This document shows positions 25,806 to 32,448 of a stretch of DNA of 32,448 nucleotides, piece by piece; the stretch's first letter is position 1, and every line of letters begins with the position of its first letter. The DNA lies in the NCBI GenBank assembly GCA_964582035.1, contig CAZOPZ010000004.1, positions 1 through 32,448 on the forward strand. The letters run 5' to 3'. This DNA is from an uncultured Methanosarcinales archaeon (GTDB lineage Archaea > Nanobdellota > Nanobdellia > Woesearchaeales > GW2011-AR9). The translations under genes and the position numbers were made by a program. The notes under the pieces were generated by a model. That model was not told where the DNA came from. It was given only the letters and a program-made list of their open reading frames with translations, and made no database searches.

Positions 25806-26834
25806 ATGTTAACGCCAAAACAAGTCGCCCTGCTCCAGAAAGAGCTGGAAACCGCCCAGCGCCCTTTGTTTTTTTACGATGATGATCCGGACGGCCTGAC
25901 GTCTTTCCTGCTGCTTTACAAAGTATATCGCGAAGGCCGGGGAGTGATTGTGAAGTCCTCTTCCAAGCTGGAAAAGCCCATGCTGGGAAAAGTCGAAGAG
26001 CAGAAGCCGGATAAGATTTTTGTGCTCGATGTGCCGGTCATTGAACAGGAATTTGCTGACGGTGCGCACGTGCCTATTTTTTGGATTGACCATCATCAGC
26101 CTTTACAGGTGAAGAACGTCCAGTACTTCAATCCCCGCTTGAAAGACCCGGGCATCTATATCCCCACTTCCCGCATGGCTTACCAGATCAGCAATCGTCC
26201 TGAAGACCTGTGGATCGCCGCCGTGGGCTGTTTCGGGGATTACCACCTGCCGGACTTCCTTCCGGAATTCTTGCAGCGGTATCCGCAGCTGCTGCCGAAA
26301 GAGATGCCTTTGCCAGAAATTTTATACCAGACGCCGGTCGGCAAGCTGGTGCGCATTTTCTCTTTCCTGCTCAAAGGGAAAACCACGGAGGTGCATAAGT
26401 GTATCAAGATCCTGACGCGGATCGCTTCTCCTGATGAGATCCTGCAGCAGAGCACTCCTGCGGGCAAATACCTCTTCCAGCGTTTTGAGCAGATCAACCA
26501 GCGCTACGAGCCCTTGATTGAAAGAGCCCGGCAGCAGGCCGCAAAAAGCAAAGTGCTGCTCTTCCACTATCAGGAGGACGAATGGTCTTTTACGGCAGAT
26601 TTGGCGAACGAATTGGCTTCTGCCTATCCCAAGAAAGTTATTATTATCGCCCGTGAGAAAGGCGGCGAGATGAAATGCAGCTTGCGGGCCCAGTTCCCCA
26701 TCCTGCCTGCTTTGGAGAAAGCCTTAGTCGGCATCGACGGCTTTGGCGGCGGGCATCCCAATGCCTGCGGGGCGGTCATCAAAAAGCCGGACTGGGAACG
26801 GTTCCTGCAGATTTTCAAAGACGAGGTGGCATGA
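25806..26834 (+). CDS. DHH/DHHA1-family phosphoesterase (RecJ/GAN-like)
   Basis: Motifs DDDPDGLTS, WIDHHQP (DHH) and GGGHPNACG (DHHA1). ATG lies 25 nt downstream of CATTTAAAAACC. Confidence 0.85.
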   Translation: MLTPKQVALLQKELETAQRPLFFYDDDPDGLTSFLLLYKVYREGRGVIVKSSSKLEKPMLGKVEEQKPDKIFVLDVPVIEQEFADGAHVPIFWIDHHQPLQVKNVQYFNPRLKDPGIYIPTSRMAYQISNRPEDLWIAAVGCFGDYHLPDFLPEFLQRYPQLLPKEMPLPEILYQTPVGKLVRIFSFLLKGKTTEVHKCIKILTRIASPDEILQQSTPAGKYLFQRFEQINQRYEPLIERARQQAAKSKVLLFHYQEDEWSFTADLANELASAYPKKVIIIAREKGGEMKCSLRAQFPILPALEKALVGIDGFGGGHPNACGAVIKKPDWERFLQIFKDEVA

Positions 26835-26840
26835 AGGAGG

Positions 26841-27248
26841 ATGAGCTTCTTTACTTCGGTTATTCTGGCTTTGCTGGCGAGTTCTGGCCTGCTCTGGGGC
26901 GTTCTGCTCTCGTTCCTGGCTCCGGATGAGCGGCTGAAAGGAGGGAAGTACTTTTCTTTGCTTACCGGAGCTCTCCTCATTGCCACCCTTGTTTTGTGTG
27001 GCATAGCTTCGTTTCAGCAGCAAGGAGCTGTCTTCATTTCTTTTGCTCTGGTTCCTCTTGCTTTTTTCTTGCTGGGGCAGGTAAAAAAAGAAACACTTTG
27101 GAAAGTCATGTTTACGAGTGCCACCGTGCTTTCGATAGGAGCAGTTCTTTTTTTTCTTGATGGCCAGTTGCAGCTTTTTGTTGCCAGCATGCTCTTCCTG
27201 TACGGCCTGCCTGCGGGAACGCTGTTGCGCCACATCCCGCAGCCCTAG
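26841..27248 (+). CDS. Small integral membrane protein (4 predicted transmembrane helices)
   Basis: Hydrophobic profile. The gene starts 7 nt after the DHH stop, suggesting an operon. Confidence 0.6.
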   Translation: MSFFTSVILALLASSGLLWGVLLSFLAPDERLKGGKYFSLLTGALLIATLVLCGIASFQQQGAVFISFALVPLAFFLLGQVKKETLWKVMFTSATVLSIGAVLFFLDGQLQLFVASMLFLYGLPAGTLLRHIPQP

Positions 27249-27268
27249 AAACTATAAAAAAGAACACC

Positions 27269-27937
27269 ATGAGCGCAGAGAAAGGATCCGACGAAAAAAA
27301 GAATTTAGAAGCGACATTGAAAGAGAAAGTGCTCCCCCTTGTTGAGGAGCAGCTGGAAAAGCACTGGGGTGTCACTATTCCGAAACTGGAAGCGGATATC
27401 ACCGACCAGCTGAAGCAAGGGGATACCCTTTTTTACATCTCTCCGCATACGACCTTTCGGGAAGCCCGCAAGCAGTTCAAAGCGGCTTTTCTGCGCCGCG
27501 AGCTGCGTTCGCATCAGGGCAACATTTCGCAGCTGGCCCGCGCCTTAGAGATTGATCGGAGAAGCCTGCACCGGGTCATAAAAGAGTTGGAGCTGGATAT
27601 CGATGAGCTTCGGCAGAATGACGCAGGCGAAGATGAGCAGCAGGTACGCATCGACCAGCGCTTGCGCACGGCTTTTGACCAATACAAAGAGCTCATCCAG
27701 CCACAGAAGCTGGAAAAGATGTATGAAGAGATTCCAGCTCTTTCCCGGAACATCGCCAAAATGCTGCCTCCGTCGCATCTGACCTGGGACGAGGCGGAGC
27801 AGGAATTTGAACGGCAATTTTTCACGCAAGCTTTGAAAGAGCATCGGGGAAGCATTGCGCAGGCAGCCCGCTGCACCAAGCTACGCGCTGAGACGGTGCA
27901 TCGGAAAGTAAGAAGATTGCAGATTGCAAGAACTTAA
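27269..27937 (+). CDS. Protein with two tandem Fis-type (HTH_8-like) DNA-binding modules
   Basis: Internal duplication: FREARKQFKAAFLRRELRSHQGNISQLARALEIDRRSLHRVIKEL and WDEAEQEFERQFFTQALKEHRGSIAQAARCTKLRAETVHRKVRRL. Confidence 0.6.
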   Translation: MSAEKGSDEKKNLEATLKEKVLPLVEEQLEKHWGVTIPKLEADITDQLKQGDTLFYISPHTTFREARKQFKAAFLRRELRSHQGNISQLARALEIDRRSLHRVIKELELDIDELRQNDAGEDEQQVRIDQRLRTAFDQYKELIQPQKLEKMYEEIPALSRNIAKMLPPSHLTWDEAEQEFERQFFTQALKEHRGSIAQAARCTKLRAETVHRKVRRLQIART

Positions 27938-27950
27938 AAAAAGATACTTT

Positions 27951-28133
27951 TCAGCAACAGCTTTTTCTTTGCTTTTTTTCTCCTTGGTACTTCATCTTTT
28001 CGGAATACTCCTCTTCATGCCCGCAGTCTAAGCAAGAGATGTATTTCTTCTTTTCATACTTATAAACATCCATGTGGCAGCTCCGGCACTTCGTGCAGCA
28101 GAATTTGTCTTCCGGGCCGGCGAGATGGACCAT
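27951..28133 (-). CDS. Zinc-ribbon mini-protein (60 aa)
   Basis: CCTKCRSC...CLDCGH (paired CxxC). ATG 28133 lies about 25 nt downstream of a minus-strand TTTTTATATA box. The track's GTG 28187 start would read through the tRNA 3' exon. Confidence 0.55.
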   Translation of the reverse strand: MVHLAGPEDKFCCTKCRSCHMDVYKYEKKKYISCLDCGHEEEYSEKMKYQGEKKQRKSCC

Positions 28134-28166
28134 AGCCGGAAAAGAGGAAGAAGAAGTATATAAAAA

Positions 28167-28381
28167 TGGCGGCACCGTGACTTTCACACAGCAAGCTACG
28201 CTGTTCTGCTCGTGGTGGGCTAAGCGAACGAAGTGAGCTTATGCCCGCCTAACTTGCATAGATTGCTTGCTTTGAACACGGGATCTCCACGTCACCCAGT
28301 CACAGAGTTTTTCATCGGCCGAAGCCTCATTGCTCAACTCCTATGAGCGTGGCGCTATGAGCCAGGCTGAGCTATGCCGCC
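28167..28381 (-). tRNA. tRNA(CAU) (elongator Met or Ile2) with two introns: 49 nt at 37/38 (28293-28341) and 90 nt at T-loop 59/60 (28181-28270)
   Basis: Hand fold of the minus strand: GGCGGCA/TGCCGCC acceptor, TA, GCTC-AGCCTGG... D arm, CCACG-CTCATA[intron]A-CGTGG anticodon arm, AGATC variable loop, CCGTG-TTCAAA[intron]T-CACGG T arm, discriminator A. The spliced length is 76 nt. An ATTTTTATAA box lies 29 nt upstream. Confidence 0.8.
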
Positions 28382-28405
28382 AATATGGCGAAAAGAAGGC
28401 GGCGG

Positions 28406-28415
28406 TTATAAAAAT
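28406..28415 (-). promoter_or_regulatory. TATA box for the two-intron tRNA
   Basis: The minus strand reads ATTTTTATAA, centred 29 nt upstream of the tRNA 5' end (28381). Confidence 0.6.
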
Positions 28416-28456
28416 CTTTTGTGAGAAAAGGCTGTCCTGCTTGCTCAACTGCAGCT

Positions 28457-28987
28457 CTAAGAAGGAGAGGTTGTCGAGCTGGCAAAGCCACTCACTTGTC
28501 TTTCTTGGACCAGCTCTTCCAGTCGGGGAGAAAACCGGGGCTTCCAGGACTCGCATGGTGTTGCATAATGTCTTCTTACTTTTGGAGAAAATCCACTATA
28601 ACGAACTCCACTCCCCTTATCATAATCCGGATCAGCTACCCGACAATACCAACCCGATGTCGCATCTTGAGCATCAATTGTTTCTCTTCCAAGATTCACG
28701 CAAGATTGGCAGCCACCTTCAGAATACTCCCTATATGCTTCAATGGCGCTTTTCGCGGATGATAAGTCAATGCGGATTCCGATGCTTCCCTCCACTCGGT
28801 ATTCACCAGCTTCACCTGCTTCCAGAACTCTGGTTAAACTTGCATTTCCAAAAGAAGGCTCTACTTTTCCTATGCTACTTCTGACATCCTGCAATAAAGA
28901 GAGAACCTCTCCCGGAACTGATTCCGAAGGGATATTTCCCAAAGGTTTCATTGTTCGTTCATAGACAATTGTTTGGGATAATGGCAT
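28457..28987 (-). CDS. Hypothetical protein (176 aa) with a CxxC...C...C arrangement
   Basis: Longest coherent ORF here. A TATTTATAG box lies about 35 nt upstream. No family was recognised. Confidence 0.55.
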   Translation of the reverse strand: MPLSQTIVYERTMKPLGNIPSESVPGEVLSLLQDVRSSIGKVEPSFGNASLTRVLEAGEAGEYRVEGSIGIRIDLSSAKSAIEAYREYSEGGCQSCVNLGRETIDAQDATSGWYCRVADPDYDKGSGVRYSGFSPKVRRHYATPCESWKPRFSPRLEELVQERQVSGFASSTTSPS

Positions 28988-29071
28988 GGGTGTTGATAAT
29001 TCAGAATAGGTAATCAGACTATAAATATTATTATACGCCGTTCTCTATATTAAACTGGAGAGATGAAACGG

Positions 29072-29347
29072 TTATTTGAATGCGATAATCTGGAAGCCGT
29101 ATTTTTCAACGTCCTCTTGTGGCCAGAACATTTGCCCTTTCGTTTTGACGACGGACGTTACCTTTTTTTCAAGGGATCTCCTGGTGTACTCTTTTGTTTT
29201 TGGATCCCACTCTTTCAGCAGCAAAATGTCACCAGGCTTGCAGGCAAAGTCCGCCAGGCGTAATTCATACGTCTTAACGCCATTCACTATCTTCTGGAAG
29301 TATTCCGGCCAGACTTTCTTTTCGATTCTCATCTTCGTAACCCTCAA
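29072..29347 (-). CDS. ASCH/DUF3850-like small RNA-binding-fold protein
   Basis: KVWPEYFQKIVNGVKTYELRLADF...GDILLLKEWD...EYTRRSL matches the DUF3850/ASCH pattern. It lies 18 nt downstream of the HIT gene. Confidence 0.65.
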   Translation of the reverse strand: MRVTKMRIEKKVWPEYFQKIVNGVKTYELRLADFACKPGDILLLKEWDPKTKEYTRRSLEKKVTSVVKTKGQMFWPQEDVEKYGFQIIAFK

Positions 29348-29365
29348 TTTTTGTCTCTGTACCTC

Positions 29366-29773
29366 TTATCTGAACAAGGCAGCCACTTCTTCCACTCCCA
29401 TCGTTCCTGGATTAGAAATAATGCTGTGCATGCTGCCACCTCCATCTCCGCGATATCGGGGAAAAATATGCACGTGCAAGTGGGGCACGACTTGCCCGGC
29501 TGCCGCATTCTGGTTCCAGCCGACATTAAAGCCGTCCGGCTGCAACACGTTTTGGATGCGTTCCATTGTCCTCTTCACGCCCAGAAAGAAAGCGTTTATC
29601 TTTCCATCCGGCAGGTCAAAGAGCGTTTCTGCATGGACTTTGGGGATAACAACCGTATGCCCTTTGGCATGAGGCTTGATGTCCAGAAAAGCCAGCGTCT
29701 CTTTATCTTCCAATACTTTCTCGCAGGGGATTTCGCCTCTGCTGATCTTGCAGAAGATGCAGGTGGTACTCAT
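29366..29773 (-). CDS. HIT-family (histidine triad) nucleotide hydrolase
   Basis: CIFCKI N-terminal motif and the HLHVHIFPR histidine triad. Confidence 0.9.
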   Translation of the reverse strand: MSTTCIFCKISRGEIPCEKVLEDKETLAFLDIKPHAKGHTVVIPKVHAETLFDLPDGKINAFFLGVKRTMERIQNVLQPDGFNVGWNQNAAAGQVVPHLHVHIFPRYRGDGGGSMHSIISNPGTMGVEEVAALFR

Positions 29774-29834
29774 GGTCCAAGGGAAGTATGCTCCATTTAT
29801 GTAGTTTATTCTTCTCTACCAGCAGAAAGCTTAA

Positions 29835-29852
29835 ATATCATAAATATGATAT
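29835..29852. promoter_or_regulatory. 18-bp perfect palindrome ATATCATA-AA-TATGATAT overlapping the TATA region of the histone-fold gene
   Basis: Read directly. It lies 8-25 nt upstream of ATG 29860, in the divergent intergenic region shared with the HIT operon. Confidence 0.6.
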
Positions 29853-29859
29853 TAAAAGT

Positions 29860-30036
29860 ATGGTCACCGTCAGAACGCAGGTCAAAGAGCTTTTGACGCA
29901 GAGCGGCTTGGGTGTCGATAATGTTGCCGGGGACTTCATGGACAAGCTCGATGAAAAAGTGCGGCAACTCGTTCTTGATGCTGCCAAGCGGGCGAAAGAG
30001 AATAGCCGCAGGACGGTCATGGGAAGGGATTTGTGA
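29860..30036 (+). CDS. Small histone-fold-like protein (DUF1931-like, 58 aa)
   Basis: VRTQVKELL...VAGDFMDKLDEKVRQLVLDAAKRAKENSRRTVMGRDL resembles the DUF1931/histone-fold pattern. The start was trimmed to ATG 29860, 25 nt downstream of CTTAAATATC. Confidence 0.5.
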   Translation: MVTVRTQVKELLTQSGLGVDNVAGDFMDKLDEKVRQLVLDAAKRAKENSRRTVMGRDL

Positions 30037-30040
30037 GCTC

Positions 30041-30382
30041 TTATTTCAGGGCTTTCCAAAATAGCAGTTGTTCTCGAAACAGAAAAGTCAACATTATAAA
30101 CAGCCCCAACAGAAGCAATGATGCTTTCGAGTAATTTTCTTCATGAGTTTTTCCACCAATTATCAGATATCCGAGTTCATCGATAAAGAGCCCGACGCCC
30201 ATAGCATACAGAGCGATGCTCCCCGCCAAGGCGCCAATCGGTGCTAAGACTAACCCAAACATATAATGATGGATTCTAAACCCGTTAATGGTTGGTCCAG
30301 GCGTTGGATGAACGTAGAGAAAAGTCCTGATTATCAAAATGGTAATAAAGAAAATAGCAAAAAAATACAATTTGCGTTCCAT
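30041..30382 (-). CDS. Small membrane protein (3-4 transmembrane helices)
   Basis: Hydrophobic profile. It is the last gene of the minus-strand operon 31663->30041. Confidence 0.6.
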   Translation of the reverse strand: MERKLYFFAIFFITILIIRTFLYVHPTPGPTINGFRIHHYMFGLVLAPIGALAGSIALYAMGVGLFIDELGYLIIGGKTHEENYSKASLLLLGLFIMLTFLFREQLLFWKALK

Positions 30383-30391
30383 TCTTTAGCC

Positions 30392-31144
30392 CTATTCTTC
30401 TTCAGAATCTGTTTCCTTCGGTGCAGGCGGCAACGGAAAATCTATTTCAGAATTGTCTGTGTGGCTTTCACTACCCTCTCGCTCTCCTTTCTCCACATGA
30501 GGGCTAAAAAGCAGCGTATGCTTCGCTTTTTTTACCGGCGTTTCCGGCAAGCCGTACTGTCTTCGAAGAGCTTGCACTTTCCTTTCGATAACCGCAAAGA
30601 GCTTTCTTACTGCTGCAGCCTGTTCGCCGTCTGCTCCTGAGAATTGTAGTTTTTTCTGAAAGCTTTGCAGGCGCCCTTCAAGCTGCTGCAGCTGTTTTCG
30701 GCGCTGCTCATCTTTTTGTTCTTCGGGCTTTTCCTCTGCGGCTCGGGAAACTTCAGCTGCTACTTCTTCTGCAACATCCTGCCGCAGTAAAGACTCGCCG
30801 AGCAGATGCGTCATTTTGTCGATTTTCTTGTGCACGTCTTTATCTTCGCTGGCAGCTAGCCGTCTCCGAAGGATGGACATCTGCTCTTTCACGGCTTCTA
30901 CCCGGATACTCTCTTGCTGTTTTTCCCGGCGAACCCGCTGTTCGACCGAGAGCAGCAGATGCAATTTCTTTTCCAGCTCCAGGATCTCCCGGCGGAGCGT
31001 CAGCTTCGGCACGTGTTTCTGCGCCGATAAATCTTTGAGCTCCTGCACCTGTTGCATAATTTCCGGAGGAGAAATAGTCAGTTCTAGCTCTTCTGCATGA
31101 TGAGAGGCGCTGAGCAGCAGTTGATAGGCAGTAAGGGAAGCCAT
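30392..31144 (-). CDS. Coiled-coil protein with an acidic C-terminal tail (250 aa)
   Basis: Long heptad-like, Glu/Lys/Arg/Gln-rich sequence. No family was recognised. It starts 13 nt after the upstream gene's stop. Confidence 0.6.
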   Translation of the reverse strand: MASLTAYQLLLSASHHAEELELTISPPEIMQQVQELKDLSAQKHVPKLTLRREILELEKKLHLLLSVEQRVRREKQQESIRVEAVKEQMSILRRRLAASEDKDVHKKIDKMTHLLGESLLRQDVAEEVAAEVSRAAEEKPEEQKDEQRRKQLQQLEGRLQSFQKKLQFSGADGEQAAAVRKLFAVIERKVQALRRQYGLPETPVKKAKHTLLFSPHVEKGEREGSESHTDNSEIDFPLPPAPKETDSEEE

Positions 31145-31156
31145 CGCGATAATTGA

Positions 31157-31663
31157 TTATAGGAGTTTCCGTTCTTTGCGGGCAGAAAGGGGAGGGGGGG
31201 GAGGTGGCAGGGGAGCCGACCCTCTTGCCATACTGGGTGCACCCATTTCCTGCTGCAAAAGTGGCGGTGCCATGCGCAGACCGGGCAACGGAGGAATGCC
31301 CATGCGGTGCTGGAGCATGCTGGTGGGAGTGGGCGGAGCACCGACAGACGGCGTAGAACGCGGCCGGGAAGGCAGCGCTGCCCGCTGTTCAGAGAGCGCC
31401 AGAAGCCCTTGTGCTAACGTTTCCGTGCGCCGAAGCACCGTTTTCATATCTTCTTTCAACGACAGCAAACTGCCGCCGACCTCTTCTTCTTTGGCTTCTT
31501 TCAACGCTCGCTTAAAAATGGCATTCAGCTCATGGATGGAATCTTTCAGCGTTTCCATCTCCAGAAAGAGCTCTTTCGTCTGGGCAACGGGATGCTCTAG
31601 GCGCTTCTTCAGGTCTTCCACTTCCTGCCGCAGATGCAGTAAAAGGTCTTTTTCAGATACCAT
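31157..31663 (-). CDS. Coiled-coil protein with a proline-rich C-terminus including PPPPPP (168 aa)
   Basis: The N-terminal ~95 aa are helical or coiled-coil. The C-terminus reads PSRPRSTPSVGAPPTPT...PPLPGLRMAPP...PLPPPPPPLS and is encoded partly by a G8 run (31194-31201). Confidence 0.6.
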   Translation of the reverse strand: MVSEKDLLLHLRQEVEDLKKRLEHPVAQTKELFLEMETLKDSIHELNAIFKRALKEAKEEEVGGSLLSLKEDMKTVLRRTETLAQGLLALSEQRAALPSRPRSTPSVGAPPTPTSMLQHRMGIPPLPGLRMAPPLLQQEMGAPSMARGSAPLPPPPPPLSARKERKLL

Positions 31664-31806
31664 GGATCACCGCTTTTTACCAAAATTTTACTTAAAGATG
31701 AACGCCCTAAACTTTATAAATGTTTTCCCGAGCCTTCCGTACATTTTCATCACTCTCCCACGAACACAATCATTTATATATCTCTCTTTCCATTCTGAAA
31801 CCGATC

Positions 31807-32448
31807 ATGGAAATCGGCCCCATTATCCAAAAGCAGTTCCTGCGTATCGATGCGGAAGCGCCCGTATCCCAGCATCGGCAAGCTGAAGCAAAACCACGAG
31901 CAGGCAGTTTTAGTCTTCAAGAAAGACAAGTATATCGGTGTTTTAGAAAAAAGAGGGCTGCTCCGCTCGAAGATGAACCTGCAGGAAGCCAAAGTGCGGA
32001 ATTACCTGAAGAAAGTGCCGCTGCTGGGAGAGTATGAAGACCTTATTTCTACGGCTTATCTGTTGTATGAAAGCAATGCTGATTTCCTTCCTGTCCAGCG
32101 GCGCGGGGAAATTATTGGCGTTGTTCACGCTTTGGACATCGTCGCTTTTGCGACGGTGCTGCCAGAAGCCAAGTCTTTCCGGGTGCAAGATGTTCGTCTG
32201 GTGCGCTCGGCAAAAGTAACGGATAGTGATCCTATTGCCACGGCTATCGAGTACATGCAGAATGAGCGCATTGATCGCGTTCCCGTATTCAAAGCCGGAA
32301 GCCTCTATGGCATCATCAGCTATCAAGACCTGCTGCAGAAATACCTGCAATGGGTCCCCACCAAAACGTCTTCCGCCCGCCTGCAGAAAGAGGCCGGCAG
32401 GAGCAGGGGCGCGCAGGACGATCGCTTACGCTGGGCCGGGCTGCCGGT
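31807..32448 (+). pseudogene. CBS-domain protein with an apparent 1-nt frame break at about 31868-31873; open at the 3' window edge
   Basis: ATG 31807 lies 30 nt downstream of CATTTATATATC and reads MEIGPIIQKQFLRIDAEAPVSQ. The CBS-like sequence then continues in the +1 frame (IGKLKQNHEQAVLVFKKDKYIGVLEKRGLL...GIISYQDLL) to the window end. An alternative in-frame ATG at 31850 would truncate the first CBS motif. Confidence 0.6.

Noticed and set aside
28134-28187. N-terminal extension (MKVTVPPFLYTSSSSFPA) of the zinc-ribbon ORF, starting from GTG 28187
   Set aside because: These codons are the tRNA T-stem and acceptor 3' exon (GTCACGGTGCCGCCA) plus the zinc-ribbon gene's own TATA box. ATG 28133 fits the leaderless geometry.
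28293-28341. Box C/D guide RNA inside the tRNA intron (CGAUGAA ... CUGUGA)
   Set aside because: The elements only loosely resemble RUGAUGA and CUGA, and the spacing and guide regions do not fit. This is kept only as a remark in the tRNA finding.
28330-28884. ORF 28330..28884 (+) of 184 aa, with 28341..28556 (-) and 28421..28762 (+)
   Set aside because: Their 5' parts are the tRNA 5' exon and promoter, and the rest is antisense to the better-supported 28457..28987 (-) gene. Composition is Leu/Ser/Cys-rich and there are no start signals.

Overview
No alignment, covariance-model or folding software was run; all calls come from reading the sequence and the ORF track.

This looks like an archaeal chromosome segment. 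The backbone is roughly 47-52% GC by eye, with three AT-rich islets at about 15.3-16.4 kb, 17.1-18.2 kb and 22.0-24.5 kb.

Evidence for an archaeal origin:
- TTTATATA/TTTAAAA boxes sit 24-30 nt upstream of most ATGs, so most mRNAs are likely leaderless.
- Two tRNA genes contain introns.
- There is a ~275-nt archaeal-type SRP RNA.
- NreA, Taw1 and XerA-like genes are present.

About 45 CDS are supported:
- Housekeeping genes: gyrB, hpt, taw1, a DHH/RecJ-like phosphoesterase and a HIT protein.
- A protease-rich stretch: M50 site-2 protease, serpin, SppA, a 1115-aa S8 subtilase, M23 and an M20-like protein.
- Small accessory modules: wHTH-MNT/HEPN, a nucleotidyltransferase plus an archaeal-RelE-like gene, and a small protein plus a GNAT-like protein.

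The ORF track misses or mis-calls several things:
1. A tRNA(CAU) gene on the minus strand (28167-28381) carries two introns, 49 nt at position 37/38 and 90 nt at T-loop position 59/60.
2. An initiator-type tRNA(CAU) carries a 13-nt intron.
3. The SRP RNA is overlaid by spurious ORFs.
4. A ~170-nt almost fully self-complementary, rod-like element lies between two convergent genes (19445-19614).
5. The 9-mer CACTGGACA occurs four times upstream of the xerA-like gene, including one arms-plus-7-nt-spacer palindrome.
6. 20/21-nt inverted repeats bracket a small Cys/His-rich gene.
7. A T16+TAA tract interrupts sppA in frame.
8. Single-base frame breaks occur in a CBS-domain gene and a LysE-like gene.
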